From contig JBDHDE010000008.1 of NCBI GenBank assembly GCA_039591655.1, positions 1 through 64,000 of the forward strand: a stretch of DNA of 64,000 bases. The letters run 5' to 3'. The position numbers and the translations under genes are program-made. The DNA is from Gemmatimonadota bacterium. Its GTDB lineage: Bacteria; Gemmatimonadota; Gemmatimonadetes; Gemmatimonadales; GWC2-71-9. Below the pieces are notes generated by a model. That model saw nothing but the letters and a program-made list of their open reading frames with translations. It had not been told where the DNA came from and made no database searches. How positions within the stretch are numbered: position 1 is the stretch's first letter; each line of letters starts with the position of its first letter. Shown here piece after piece: positions 29,595 through 39,221 of this stretch.

Positions 29595-32276
29595 ATGGAG
29601 AACGGGGCCGTGCCGGAACGCGATCGCGACGTTCTGCGGTCCTTCGCGCGCCGGATCGATCCCTCCGACGCCGGCGCGCACAACAACCTCGGCGTGCTCT
29701 ACCACCGCAAGGGGTTGGTGGAGGATGCCATCGGGGCGTTCCAACGCGCGCTGGAGCTGGACTCCAAGATGCTCGTCGCACGTCGCAACTTGGAGATCGC
29801 GTATCGGGAGTCGGGGTACTACGATCGCCGGATCGCCGAGCTGCGGGAGCGGCTGCGGAACGATCCGGACGACGCGCAGTCCCGCTGGGAGCTGGGTCGA
29901 GCATACGCCTCCCTCGGCCAGTACGACGACGCCGCCGACGAGTTCCAGGCGCTGGTCGCCCGTAACGCCAACGACGTAGCAGCCATCATCCAGCTGGGCC
30001 TCACGGAGAAGACGCGGGGTGACCTCGAGACCGCCGAGGAGTGGCTGGAGCGGGCGGCCCTGCTGGATCCGGAGAGCAGCGTGGTGCACCAGTCTCTGGG
30101 CGAGGTGCGCTACAACCGCGGGTTGAACGCCGAGGCCCTGGCGTCGCTGGAGCGCGCCACCGCGCTCAACCCCGAGAACGCCGACGCTCACTACCAACTG
30201 GCCTTCGTGCTGGGCGATCTCCGCCGGCACGAGGAGGCCCGGGCCGCCACCAAACGGGCCATCGAGCTCAACCCCACGCTGGGACGGGCCCAGACCAACC
30301 TCTCCCTCGAATCCCTCGCGGAGCAGCGCAGCCGACCGTCGGCCGCGCAGACCGGCGAGCCGGTGGGCGAAGAGGCGGAGACCCTCGCCCACTACAACCT
30401 GGGCCGCGCATTCCGGCAGCAGGGCTACTACAACGAGGCGCTGCGAGAGTATCGCCTGGCCCTGGAGCGGGGAGAGGACCGGCAGTTGGTGCTCCAGGCA
30501 GTGGCCGAGGTCCACCTCCTCAAGGGGGACCACAGCGCGGGCCTGGAGCTGTACGAGCGCCTGGTGGGCGAGATGTCGGACAACCCCAAGCTGTGGAATG
30601 AGCGGGGTGTGGTGCTGCACCAGCTGGGGCAGTTCGAGCAGGCGCTGGAGTCCTATCGCAAGGCCACGGAGATGGCCCCGGAGTACGCCTTGGCCGCCAA
30701 CAACCTGGCGATCACGCTGGCGCAGGTCGGGCAGCTGGAGGAGGCGGTCGAGGCGTTGGGCGCGGCGCTCGAGTGGGCGCCCGAGCTGGTCATTCCCAGG
30801 CTCAACCTGGGGCTCCTGCTGCTCAACCTGAAGCGCTTCCAGCCGGCATTGCAGGCGTTCCGCCGCGTGTTGGAGAGCGACCCGCATGCGGCAGCGGCCT
30901 GGAACGGGATCGGGCTGGTGCTGAACGAGATCGAGCGCACCGAGGACGCGCGCAACGCCTTTGCCCGAGCCGTCGAGGCGGACCCGCAATCGGCGGAGGC
31001 GCACTACAACCTGAGCTTCGCGCTCTCGCGCATGGGCGACTACGACGGGGCACTGCGTGCGGTGACCCGCGCCCAGACGCTGGATCCGTACTACGTGCCC
31101 CAGAAGTTCCGTCTCGCCATCGATCTGCAGTACGAGGATCCCACGATCTCGGTGGTGCCGGAGATATCGGCCGACGTGGCGACCGACTTCGCCGGACAGG
31201 GCATCAGCTTCGAGCCGGAAGCGCTGGACAACCTGTTTGCCGAGCTGGGGCCGGCCCCGCCCAAGCCCGTAGCGGACCGGCCCAGCGGCACCTTCAACCT
31301 CGCGCGGGACTACTTCAACAAGGGGCTACTGGAGCTGGCGGCGGCCGAGGCGACGCGGGCCGTTGGCCGGGGCGGGGATCCGATAGACGGCCACCTCCTG
31401 TTGGGAGAGATCTTCGCCCGCCGCGGGCTGCACGGCGAAGCCCTCGAGCGGTATCGTGCGGCCCGGCAGATCGCGCCGCACCGCGCCGACGTGCGGCTCG
31501 GAGAGTTGCGCGAGCTGGTGGCGCTGGGACGGGGGGCCGAGGCCGTGGACGATGCCGTCCAGCTCGCCGAGGAGCGGCCCGACGACGTCAATGTTCTGGT
31601 GTCCCTGGCCACCGCACGGTTGGCGGCCGGCGACCCCGGCGGGGCGCTGGAGGCGCTGGGCGACGCGCGCCAGCGCGCGCCGCAACGGGCGGACCTCCTG
31701 AAGCTCGAGGGAGACATCGCGGTTGGGATGGGCAACCTCATGTCAGCGGGCTCGGCATACGAGGCTGCTCTCGAGCTCGATCCCCGGTTCGTGCAGGTGC
31801 GACTCGACCTCGGGAAGGTGTACGAGGCGCAGGAGGATTGGGCCGCGGCCGAGGCCTGCTATCGGGCGGCCCTGGAGGTCCTGCCCACCTTCTACGATGC
31901 CACCGTTGCCCTCGCCGAGCTACATCGGCACCGGGGCGCGCCGAAGAAGTCCGTGGCGCTCCTGGTCGATCTCCTCACCGGCGATCCCACCGCCCTGGAG
32001 GCGCTGCTGTCGTTGGGGCAGGCGCTGTTGGACGACGGGCGGGCTCCGCAGGGCCTCGAGGCGTTCGAGCGACTGCTGGCGCACGACCCGCAGCACGTGG
32101 GCGCGATGTTCCTGACCGGAGTCTCGTTCGCGCGGCTGCGCCGCTACCAGCAGGCGGTTGAGCGGTGGGAGCGGGTCGTCGGCATGGACCCCAGCGGCCC
32201 CTATGCCCAGCGTGCACGGCAGCACGCCCGCACCGCGCTGGACCTGCAGCGCATCTTCCGGTCTGAGGTCGCCTAG
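29595..32276 (+). CDS. Large cytoplasmic TPR-repeat protein (893 aa)
   Basis: Many AHxNLG...A...F..AL..DP repeats; no signal peptide or catalytic domain seen. Confidence 0.9.
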   Translation: MENGAVPERDRDVLRSFARRIDPSDAGAHNNLGVLYHRKGLVEDAIGAFQRALELDSKMLVARRNLEIAYRESGYYDRRIAELRERLRNDPDDAQSRWELGRAYASLGQYDDAADEFQALVARNANDVAAIIQLGLTEKTRGDLETAEEWLERAALLDPESSVVHQSLGEVRYNRGLNAEALASLERATALNPENADAHYQLAFVLGDLRRHEEARAATKRAIELNPTLGRAQTNLSLESLAEQRSRPSAAQTGEPVGEEAETLAHYNLGRAFRQQGYYNEALREYRLALERGEDRQLVLQAVAEVHLLKGDHSAGLELYERLVGEMSDNPKLWNERGVVLHQLGQFEQALESYRKATEMAPEYALAANNLAITLAQVGQLEEAVEALGAALEWAPELVIPRLNLGLLLLNLKRFQPALQAFRRVLESDPHAAAAWNGIGLVLNEIERTEDARNAFARAVEADPQSAEAHYNLSFALSRMGDYDGALRAVTRAQTLDPYYVPQKFRLAIDLQYEDPTISVVPEISADVATDFAGQGISFEPEALDNLFAELGPAPPKPVADRPSGTFNLARDYFNKGLLELAAAEATRAVGRGGDPIDGHLLLGEIFARRGLHGEALERYRAARQIAPHRADVRLGELRELVALGRGAEAVDDAVQLAEERPDDVNVLVSLATARLAAGDPGGALEALGDARQRAPQRADLLKLEGDIAVGMGNLMSAGSAYEAALELDPRFVQVRLDLGKVYEAQEDWAAAEACYRAALEVLPTFYDATVALAELHRHRGAPKKSVALLVDLLTGDPTALEALLSLGQALLDDGRAPQGLEAFERLLAHDPQHVGAMFLTGVSFARLRRYQQAVERWERVVGMDPSGPYAQRARQHARTALDLQRIFRSEVA

Positions 32277-32279
32277 GCC

Positions 32280-33431
32280 ATGGCGATCGAGGGCCCACTC
32301 AAGGAGCTGAGCATCCACGATGTCTTCCAGCTCTTGGACCTGAGCCGGAAGACGGGGCTGCTCACCGTCACCTCCAAGCTGCGCCACAACGCAGGCACGG
32401 TCTACTTCGACGGCGGCGCCGTGGTCTACGCTGCGATCCAGGACAACCCGCACCCGCTGGGCGAGCTACTGCTGCGTACGGGGAAGATCACCGACGCCGA
32501 CCTGAACCGCGCCCGGGACATGCAGGAGGGGGGCGACACGCGGCTGCTGGGCGAGGTCCTAGTGGAGATCGGAGCCATCGGCCGAGGGGAGCTCGAGCGG
32601 CAGGTCCGATTCCAGGTGGAAGAGGTGATCTTCGAGGTGATGAACTGGAGCGAGGGCTACTTCACCTTCGAGGAGGGCCCGCTCCAGGGGGTGCCCGCCG
32701 ACGCCACCGTGAGGATCACCACTGAGTCGGTTCTCATGGAGGGGGCGCGTCGCATTGACGAGTGGTCGCGCATCGAGCGGAAGATCCCCAACGTAGAGGT
32801 CGTCCCCACGCTAGCGCCGGCGCAGCAGGGCGAGCCCGGGGGGTTGGATCTCCTGCCAGCCGAATGGGAGATCCTGGCGACGATCGATGGTGAGTGTGAT
32901 ATCCGCACCATCGCATCCTTGATCGGTCGGTCGGAGTTCGATGTTGCCAAGACGCTCTTCGGGCTCGAGAGCGCCGGGCTCATCACCGTGACCGAGGCCG
33001 GGCCGACGACGCGGGTGGCTCCAGAGGCCGCCGATACGGACGGCATGTTGGAGCGCGCCCACGCGGTGCTCGAGGCCGGCGACTACACGACGGCGACGGA
33101 GCTCGCGGAGGCGGCCCGCGAGCGCTTCCCGCACGACCCTGTCGTCTATCTCCTCCTGGGACGGTTGGATCTCCAGAGGCGACGACCCGCTGACGCCGAG
33201 GAGCACCTGCGTCGGGCTCTCAGATTGGATCCGCTCCTCGGCCCGGCTCACCTCCAGCTCGGCCATTCACTGGCGCTCCAGGGACGCCTGAGCGAGGCGA
33301 TCGAGTGGTGGCAGCGCTGGCTCACCATCGGCGAGCAGGCGGACGGGGACCCCGGCGAGATCCAGCAGGTGCGGGAGGCGCTCCAAGCCGCGCGTACGTT
33401 GAGCTCGTTCCTAAGAGGCGTCCATGGCTAG
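32280..33431 (+). CDS. DUF4388-like protein with degenerate MshEN-like motifs, wHTH-like segment and TPRs
   Basis: G.L......DVFQLL..SRKTG.L...G.VYF..G..VYA; EGYFTFE; EGARRIDEW; C-terminal TPRs. Confidence 0.82.
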   Translation: MAIEGPLKELSIHDVFQLLDLSRKTGLLTVTSKLRHNAGTVYFDGGAVVYAAIQDNPHPLGELLLRTGKITDADLNRARDMQEGGDTRLLGEVLVEIGAIGRGELERQVRFQVEEVIFEVMNWSEGYFTFEEGPLQGVPADATVRITTESVLMEGARRIDEWSRIERKIPNVEVVPTLAPAQQGEPGGLDLLPAEWEILATIDGECDIRTIASLIGRSEFDVAKTLFGLESAGLITVTEAGPTTRVAPEAADTDGMLERAHAVLEAGDYTTATELAEAARERFPHDPVVYLLLGRLDLQRRRPADAEEHLRRALRLDPLLGPAHLQLGHSLALQGRLSEAIEWWQRWLTIGEQADGDPGEIQQVREALQAARTLSSFLRGVHG

Positions 33432-34221
33432 CGACATCAAAGCCATGAGCGCCGAGCTGGCGCGCGACCCCTCGAGCCTGGTCTTCCTGGACCTGGGCGA
33501 GGCGCTGCGCCGACGGGGTCAGATCGATGCCGCAGTCCGAGTGGTGGTGGGCGGATTGGAGCAGAACCCCGACATGGTGGAGGGGCACGATCTGTACGCC
33601 CGGATTCTGGTGGACCAGGGCGACTTGGCCCGGGCGGAGCAGATGTGGAACCGCGTGCTGGAGCGGAGCCCGCAGCACCAGGGGGCTCACAAGGGGCTGG
33701 GCTTCCTGGCATATCGGATGGGCGACTTGGGGGCCGCGTTGGAGCACCTGGAGCTGGCGCTGGCGGCGGATCCCACCGATCAAGCCGTGGTGCGCGCCCT
33801 GAAAATGGTGCGGAACACGGTGCAGGAGCTCGAGGTTGGCGCAGAGGCCGCCGGGGGCGATGACCCCATCTTCGCAGGGCTCGAAGGCGCGGAGGACGGG
33901 CTCCTCCTGGTGGATGACCGCGGTCGCGTGCTCGGGGGACGGGTCACCGGCGCCGGTGGGGCCGAAGTCTCCGAGGCCGTGGCGGCGTTCCTGGCGGGGG
34001 CCGCCCAGGAGGCGGAGCGCACGGCCCGGATGCTCGATCTCGGTGACTGGCGCTGGCTCGTGGCGGAGGGGCCGGAGGGGAACGTGTACGTGACGCCGCC
34101 CACCGGCGAGACACTGCTCCTCATCCTGCGTGACCGCAGCGTGCCGTCGGGGCGGCTGGCGATGCTCGCGGAGCGGGCCGGGCATGTGGCCCGGCGCTGG
34201 CTCGAGGAGCAAGAGCTGTGA
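33424..34221 (+). CDS. TPR + roadblock/LC7-like fusion protein
   Basis: N-terminal DPSSLVFLDLGEALR TPRs; C-terminal LLLVDDRGRVL...AERTARMLDLG.W....EG roadblock-like domain. Confidence 0.75.
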   Translation: MASDIKAMSAELARDPSSLVFLDLGEALRRRGQIDAAVRVVVGGLEQNPDMVEGHDLYARILVDQGDLARAEQMWNRVLERSPQHQGAHKGLGFLAYRMGDLGAALEHLELALAADPTDQAVVRALKMVRNTVQELEVGAEAAGGDDPIFAGLEGAEDGLLLVDDRGRVLGGRVTGAGGAEVSEAVAAFLAGAAQEAERTARMLDLGDWRWLVAEGPEGNVYVTPPTGETLLLILRDRSVPSGRLAMLAERAGHVARRWLEEQEL

Positions 34222-34568
34222 CGACGCAATTCCAGCGGCTGCTCGACGGCGTCACGCAGGTGAGGGGGGTACAGGGCGCGATGTTGGTGGCGGCCGAGGA
34301 CGGGCTGGTGGTGGCCGAGTCCCTCATGGAGGGCGTGCGGGGCAACGCGGTGGCCGCCCTGGCGGCGAGCCTGTACAAGCGGTTCCGCCAGGCGATGGAA
34401 GCGGCTGCCGCAGGCACGCCGCACTTCCTGCACCTGCAGGGAGAAGGCGGCACGCTGATTACCGTTCCCGCACCCGACGCGATCCTCGTGGTTGCCGTGG
34501 GCGTGCCGGATATGAATGTGGGGCTCGTGAGGCTCGAGATGCTGCGTGCCGCTGAGATGGTCGGGTGA
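34218..34568 (+). CDS. Roadblock/LC7 protein (MglC-like)
   Basis: GVQGAMLVAAEDGLVVAE...VAALAASL...NVGLVRLEM. Confidence 0.85.
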   Translation: MTTQFQRLLDGVTQVRGVQGAMLVAAEDGLVVAESLMEGVRGNAVAALAASLYKRFRQAMEAAAAGTPHFLHLQGEGGTLITVPAPDAILVVAVGVPDMNVGLVRLEMLRAAEMVG

Positions 34569-35035
34569 CGCAGGCCCGGGCGGTCGAGCCTTGGACGCTG
34601 GAGCCGCTGGAACGGTTCGTGGCGGAGTCGGGCGCGCGCCTGACTTTGCTGATGACGCCAGCGGGCCAAGTGCTCGCTCAGTACGGGTTCACGCGGGCAG
34701 TGGACGTGATGTCGGCGGCCGCGTTGGGTGCCGCCATCGTCGCCTCCACGGGAGAGATCGCGCGGATGCTCCAAGAGCGGGAGTTTGCCCTGCTGAACCA
34801 CCAGGGAGTGCAGCACGGCATCTTCCTGGGGGCATTCGAGACCCCGCGCGGCCGGTTGCTGGCATTGGTAGTTTATGGACCAGACTCCTCGGTGGGACTG
34901 GTGCAGTTATTCTTTGAGGAGCTCGTTCGCGGATTGGTCGCGGCAGCGCCCGTTGAGGAACAGCCGCAGGCGGTGCTGGCCGCCAATTTCGAGGAAGAGC
35001 TGAATCGCAGTCTGGCGAGCCTATTCGGACAGTGA
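34565..35035 (+). CDS. mglB: MglB (roadblock GAP of MglA)
   Basis: Resembles M. xanthus MglB (LL...GQVL..., EIARML.E.EF....HQG, SSVGLV) with an acidic amphipathic C-terminal helix; immediately upstream of mglA. Confidence 0.82.
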   Translation: MTQARAVEPWTLEPLERFVAESGARLTLLMTPAGQVLAQYGFTRAVDVMSAAALGAAIVASTGEIARMLQEREFALLNHQGVQHGIFLGAFETPRGRLLALVVYGPDSSVGLVQLFFEELVRGLVAAAPVEEQPQAVLAANFEEELNRSLASLFGQ

Positions 35036-35038
35036 GAC

Positions 35039-35638
35039 GTGTCACTAGTCAACTTCACTACGCGCGAGATCACCTGTAAGATCGTCTATTACGGACCCGG
35101 CCGGTCCGGCAAGACGACGAACTTGCAGTATATCTATGAGAGGGTCCCCGGTGATCGCCGCGGGCGGATGGTCTCCCTCGCCACCCAAACCGACCGTACC
35201 CTCTTCTTCGATTTCCTCCCGTTGGAGCTGGGGAGTATCTCGGGCTTCACGACGCGGTTTCAGCTCTACACGGTCCCGGGGCAGGTGTACTACAACGCCA
35301 CGCGTAAGCTGGTCCTGCAGGGGGCCGACGGCGTGGTCTTTGTGGCGGACAGCCAGGCGCGGCAACTGGACGAGAACATCGAGAGCCTACAGAACCTGCA
35401 GGAGAATCTCCTGGAGCAGGGTGTCGACGCGCGGGGGGTGCCCCTCGTCATCCAGTACAACAAGCAGGATCTGCCGAGCGACCTCATTCTCTCCACGAGC
35501 GAGCTCAACGAGGCGCTGAACTTCTGGGGCGCTCCCAACTTCTCCGCCGCCGCCCTCGAGGGCACCGGTGTGTTCGAGACGCTGAAGGCCGCGTCGGAGC
35601 TGGTGCTGCGAAAGCTGAGCGAGGAGACACCGACGTGA
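35039..35638 (+). CDS. mglA: Small Ras-like GTPase MglA
   Basis: [52 protein letters not shown]. Confidence 0.95.
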   Translation: MSLVNFTTREITCKIVYYGPGRSGKTTNLQYIYERVPGDRRGRMVSLATQTDRTLFFDFLPLELGSISGFTTRFQLYTVPGQVYYNATRKLVLQGADGVVFVADSQARQLDENIESLQNLQENLLEQGVDARGVPLVIQYNKQDLPSDLILSTSELNEALNFWGAPNFSAAALEGTGVFETLKAASELVLRKLSEETPT

Positions 35639-37605
35639 GCGACGAGCTCAATCCGCGCTTCAGCTTCGAGACCTTCGTGGTCGGCGCGGGCAACAGGCTT
35701 GCCGTGACCGCGGCGCGCACGGTGGCGCAGTCACCAGGGGCGGCCTACAACCCGCTTTACCTGTACAGCCCCACCGGTCTGGGCAAGACGCATCTGCTCA
35801 CGGCGGTCGGACAGCTAGCCAAGGAACACAGCCCCGACCTGCACGTGGAGTACCTCACCCTGGACGAGTTCGTCGAGGCGTATCACGCAGCGGTCGCCGC
35901 AGGGCAGAGCGAAGCGTTCCGCAACCGGTTTGACCGGGTCGATGTACTCCTGGTGGACGACGTGCAGTTCCTCACACACCGGCGGGAGATGCAGGCGGAA
36001 CTGTTGCGCGTTACGGGGCAGCTCCAGTCGGCGGGGAAGCAGATCGTGCTCACGAGCGACTGTCCCCCCTCGGAGATCGAGGACCTAGACGAGCGCCTGC
36101 TGTCGCGCTTCGACGGCGGACTAGTGGCGGACATCGGTGCCCCTGACTACGAGACGCGCCTCGCGATCCTCAAGCGGCGGGCCGAGGACCGCGATGCCGA
36201 GTTCGACGAGGAGGTATTGGGGGCGGTCGCGAGCTTCGACCTCCCCAATGTCCGGGAGCTGCTGGGGCTGCTGAACCGGTTGGTGGCATATCAGGCGGTG
36301 AGCGAGTCGCCGCTCACGCCTGCGGGAGCCAAGGAGTTGCTGGCTGGGGATGCAGAGCGCGCCAAGGCCGCTGCGGAGAGGCCGCCGCCCGCACCGCCTG
36401 CCGCACCGGCGCCGGTCGCCCGGCCGGAGGACGAGTTCGCCGATTTTCTGTCCGACGTGGCGCACACGGTCGAGGAGCAGGTGGAGGCATGGCGATCCCG
36501 CCTGGGCGAGGCCATCCTGCTCTGGGAGGCGGAAGGCTATCGCACGGTGCGGCTGGAGGAGATGCTGCAGCAGGACATCCCTGTGCCCGCCGAGCGCGTG
36601 GTCCAGCAGTTCGAGCGGGACGTCGAGCGCCTCCGATCCTCCCAGGCGGCCATCGCCAAGATGGATCCCGGGCGGGCCGACGACCCCCTGTTCTTCGACC
36701 CCGACCGCGTGGAGGAAGCCAACGAGCTGGTGCAGCAAGCGCTGGTGGACACGGGCCCGCCCCCCGGTCCGTCGGCAGCGTGGTCCCTCGACACGTACGT
36801 GGTCGGTGAGGCCAACAAGGTCGCGCTCAATGCCGCCCGCGCAGTCGCCGATCGGCCGGGCCAGCGCTACAACCCGCTGGTGCTCGTGGGCCCCACGGGC
36901 GTCGGCAAGACGCATCTCATGCACGCCATCGGGCACCGGCTCGGCGCAGCAGCCGATGCCGTTGTCGCGTGTCTCACGGCGCAGCAGCTGTTGGACGAGC
37001 TGGTCGAGGCGATCGAAGGTGAGCGGGTGGACATCTGGCGCGCGCGGTACCGGAGGGTGACGGCCTTTCTGCTGGACGACGTGCACATCTTGGCCCGCAA
37101 GGAGCGCTCCCAGGAGGAGCTGTTCCATCTGTTCAACGAGCTGCACGACGCCGGACACCAGTTGGTGTTCACCGCGGTGACGTCCCCGCGGGAGATCGAG
37201 GGGTTGGACGACCGCTTGAAGTCTCGGCTGGAGGGCGGGCTCGTCACGACAATGGCGGGACCGGATCGGGAGCTGCGGCGCAACATCGTGGCGCGCAAGA
37301 TGGACGAGCTGTTCCGGGGCGTGGACGACGAGCTCATCGACTACATCGCGGCGCGACCGGCGGACTCGATACGCGCGGTGCTCGGCTTGATCCAGCGGGT
37401 TGCGATCGCCGCCGAAGCACAGGAGGTCGCGCCCAGTGCCGCGTTGGCGCGGGAGCTGATCGAGGGCGCAGCCCCGGAGCGGGCCCGGACGGGCGTGCGC
37501 ACGAGCGGGGTGCTCCTGTCTCCCTCGGGGAACGTGCGCAGCCGGGAGAAGCTCGTTTGGAGTTGGCCCGATCCGGTGGAACGCGTGATTGAGGCGCTGG
37601 TCTAG
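35635..37605 (+). CDS. Tandem DnaA-type AAA+ protein (two domain III modules; no domain I or IV)
   Basis: Two copies of VVG..N..A...A..VA..PG..YNPL...P.G.GKTHL, DDV..L, L..RL.SR..GGL; no C-terminal DnaA HTH (RDHTTV) motif. Confidence 0.88.
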   Translation: MSDELNPRFSFETFVVGAGNRLAVTAARTVAQSPGAAYNPLYLYSPTGLGKTHLLTAVGQLAKEHSPDLHVEYLTLDEFVEAYHAAVAAGQSEAFRNRFDRVDVLLVDDVQFLTHRREMQAELLRVTGQLQSAGKQIVLTSDCPPSEIEDLDERLLSRFDGGLVADIGAPDYETRLAILKRRAEDRDAEFDEEVLGAVASFDLPNVRELLGLLNRLVAYQAVSESPLTPAGAKELLAGDAERAKAAAERPPPAPPAAPAPVARPEDEFADFLSDVAHTVEEQVEAWRSRLGEAILLWEAEGYRTVRLEEMLQQDIPVPAERVVQQFERDVERLRSSQAAIAKMDPGRADDPLFFDPDRVEEANELVQQALVDTGPPPGPSAAWSLDTYVVGEANKVALNAARAVADRPGQRYNPLVLVGPTGVGKTHLMHAIGHRLGAAADAVVACLTAQQLLDELVEAIEGERVDIWRARYRRVTAFLLDDVHILARKERSQEELFHLFNELHDAGHQLVFTAVTSPREIEGLDDRLKSRLEGGLVTTMAGPDRELRRNIVARKMDELFRGVDDELIDYIAARPADSIRAVLGLIQRVAIAAEAQEVAPSAALARELIEGAAPERARTGVRTSGVLLSPSGNVRSREKLVWSWPDPVERVIEALV

Positions 37606-39221
37606 TGGCGATCAAGGGTAGTCTCAAGGAGGCCTCGCTGGCCGACGTGTTGCAGCTGCTGGCCCTGGGACAGAAGACCGGGTGCCTGTCGGTCACGGAC
37701 CGCACCAATCTCGGACACATCTACTTCGACCGGGGGCGCGTCTCGTACGCGTCGCTGGTGAACCGACGGGACCGCCTCGGGGATATCCTGGTCAAGAACG
37801 GCAAGATCACCCAGGCGCAGCTGCACGGGGCGATCGAGCAGCAGGGCCGCGAGCGCGACAAGCGGCTCGGGGAGATCCTTTTGGAGCAGGGCGCAGTCTC
37901 CCGGGAAGATCTAGAGCACTACATGCGTGTCCAGATCGAGGAGGCCGTGTTCTTCCTGTTCACATGGTCCCGGGGAAGCTTCAACTTCGAGGCCGACGTC
38001 TATCCCGCGGAACAGGACTTCCTCGTCAGGATCAATCCCGAATCCCTCCTCCTCGAGGGAGCGCGACGAGTCGATGAGTGGAGCCTCATCGAGAAGAAGA
38101 TCCCGTCGTTCGACCTGATCTTCACCGTCGATCGGGCGCGCCTCGATGCGTCCCAGGTCACCCTCACGCCGCAGCAGGAGCGTCTCATGACGCTGCTCGA
38201 CGGCTCACGGGACGTCGCGGGCATCGTAGAGGATTCGGGGCTCGTGGAGTTCGAGGTCGGCAAGGCGCTCTACGGGCTCATCACCGCGGGGTTCGCCCAC
38301 CGCACCGGCCGCAGCGCGACGACGCGTCCCGAAGTCGGCGACGCGCGGGTGGATGAGCACCGCAACCTCGGCATCGCGTTCTACAGGACCGGGATGCTCG
38401 ACGAGGCGACGCGGGAGTTCCGGCGCGTGGTGGATCTCCGCACGTCGGACGGGTCCGCCCAGTTCTACCTCGGCCTCATCGCGCTGAAGCAGGCGCACTG
38501 GCAGGAAGCGATACGGCACTTCAGCCAGGCGGTGGAACGTGGCGGTCCCAATGCCACCGTGCTGCACAATCTCGCGCTGAGCTACGAGAAGGACGGACGC
38601 TTCGACGAAGCGGAGGACGTGTACGCCGAAGCCGCGACGCTGGCGCGTCGCGATGCTCGCATCATGACGAGCTGGGGCATCAATGCGCTGCAGCGCGGCG
38701 ATTGCGAGGTTGCCGCCGGACGGCTCGACCGCGCCCGGGAGATCACCGGCGACGAGACACCGAGCGCCCTGTGGTATTGGGCCCGTTCCCTGTCCGCATC
38801 TGCGCTGGGGAATCTCCAGGAGGCCGACGCCCTACTGCGGGACGGTCTCGACACCTACCCCGGCCACTCCGTGTTGCGCAACAACCGGGGGGCACTGCTC
38901 GAGATGATGGGCGATCTCACGCAGGCGGAAGACGTGCTGCGGGCGGCGCTGGCAGACGACCCCTCACTGCCGCAGCTCTCCAAGAACCTCGGCGATCTCT
39001 TCTACCGGGCGGCGCGCTACGACGACGCCTGGGAGGCGTACCAGCGGGCCGTCAAGCTGAACCCCAAGCTCGGGGACGACGTCTACTTCAAGCTGGGCAA
39101 CATCGCCTATAAGCGACTCGACCGCGAGTCCGCTGCCGAGTTCTGGCGCAAGACGTTGGAGCTGAACCCGGGGCACGAGCTGGCCCGCACCAATCTCGAG
39201 ACGGTGAGCGCGCTCACGTGA
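37605..39221 (+). CDS. DUF4388-like protein with intact MshEN-like motifs, wHTH-like segment and TPRs
   Basis: Paralog of 32280-33431; tandem RLG..L...G.I....L......Q motifs; EGARRVDEW; many TPRs. Confidence 0.85.
   Translation: MAIKGSLKEASLADVLQLLALGQKTGCLSVTDRTNLGHIYFDRGRVSYASLVNRRDRLGDILVKNGKITQAQLHGAIEQQGRERDKRLGEILLEQGAVSREDLEHYMRVQIEEAVFFLFTWSRGSFNFEADVYPAEQDFLVRINPESLLLEGARRVDEWSLIEKKIPSFDLIFTVDRARLDASQVTLTPQQERLMTLLDGSRDVAGIVEDSGLVEFEVGKALYGLITAGFAHRTGRSATTRPEVGDARVDEHRNLGIAFYRTGMLDEATREFRRVVDLRTSDGSAQFYLGLIALKQAHWQEAIRHFSQAVERGGPNATVLHNLALSYEKDGRFDEAEDVYAEAATLARRDARIMTSWGINALQRGDCEVAAGRLDRAREITGDETPSALWYWARSLSASALGNLQEADALLRDGLDTYPGHSVLRNNRGALLEMMGDLTQAEDVLRAALADDPSLPQLSKNLGDLFYRAARYDDAWEAYQRAVKLNPKLGDDVYFKLGNIAYKRLDRESAAEFWRKTLELNPGHELARTNLETVSALT

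Noticed and set aside
35635..37605. Calling this gene dnaA or the region oriC
   Set aside because: No domain I or IV, duplicated ATPase module, no dnaN/recF/gyrB context, and no intergenic DnaA-box cluster or DUE nearby.
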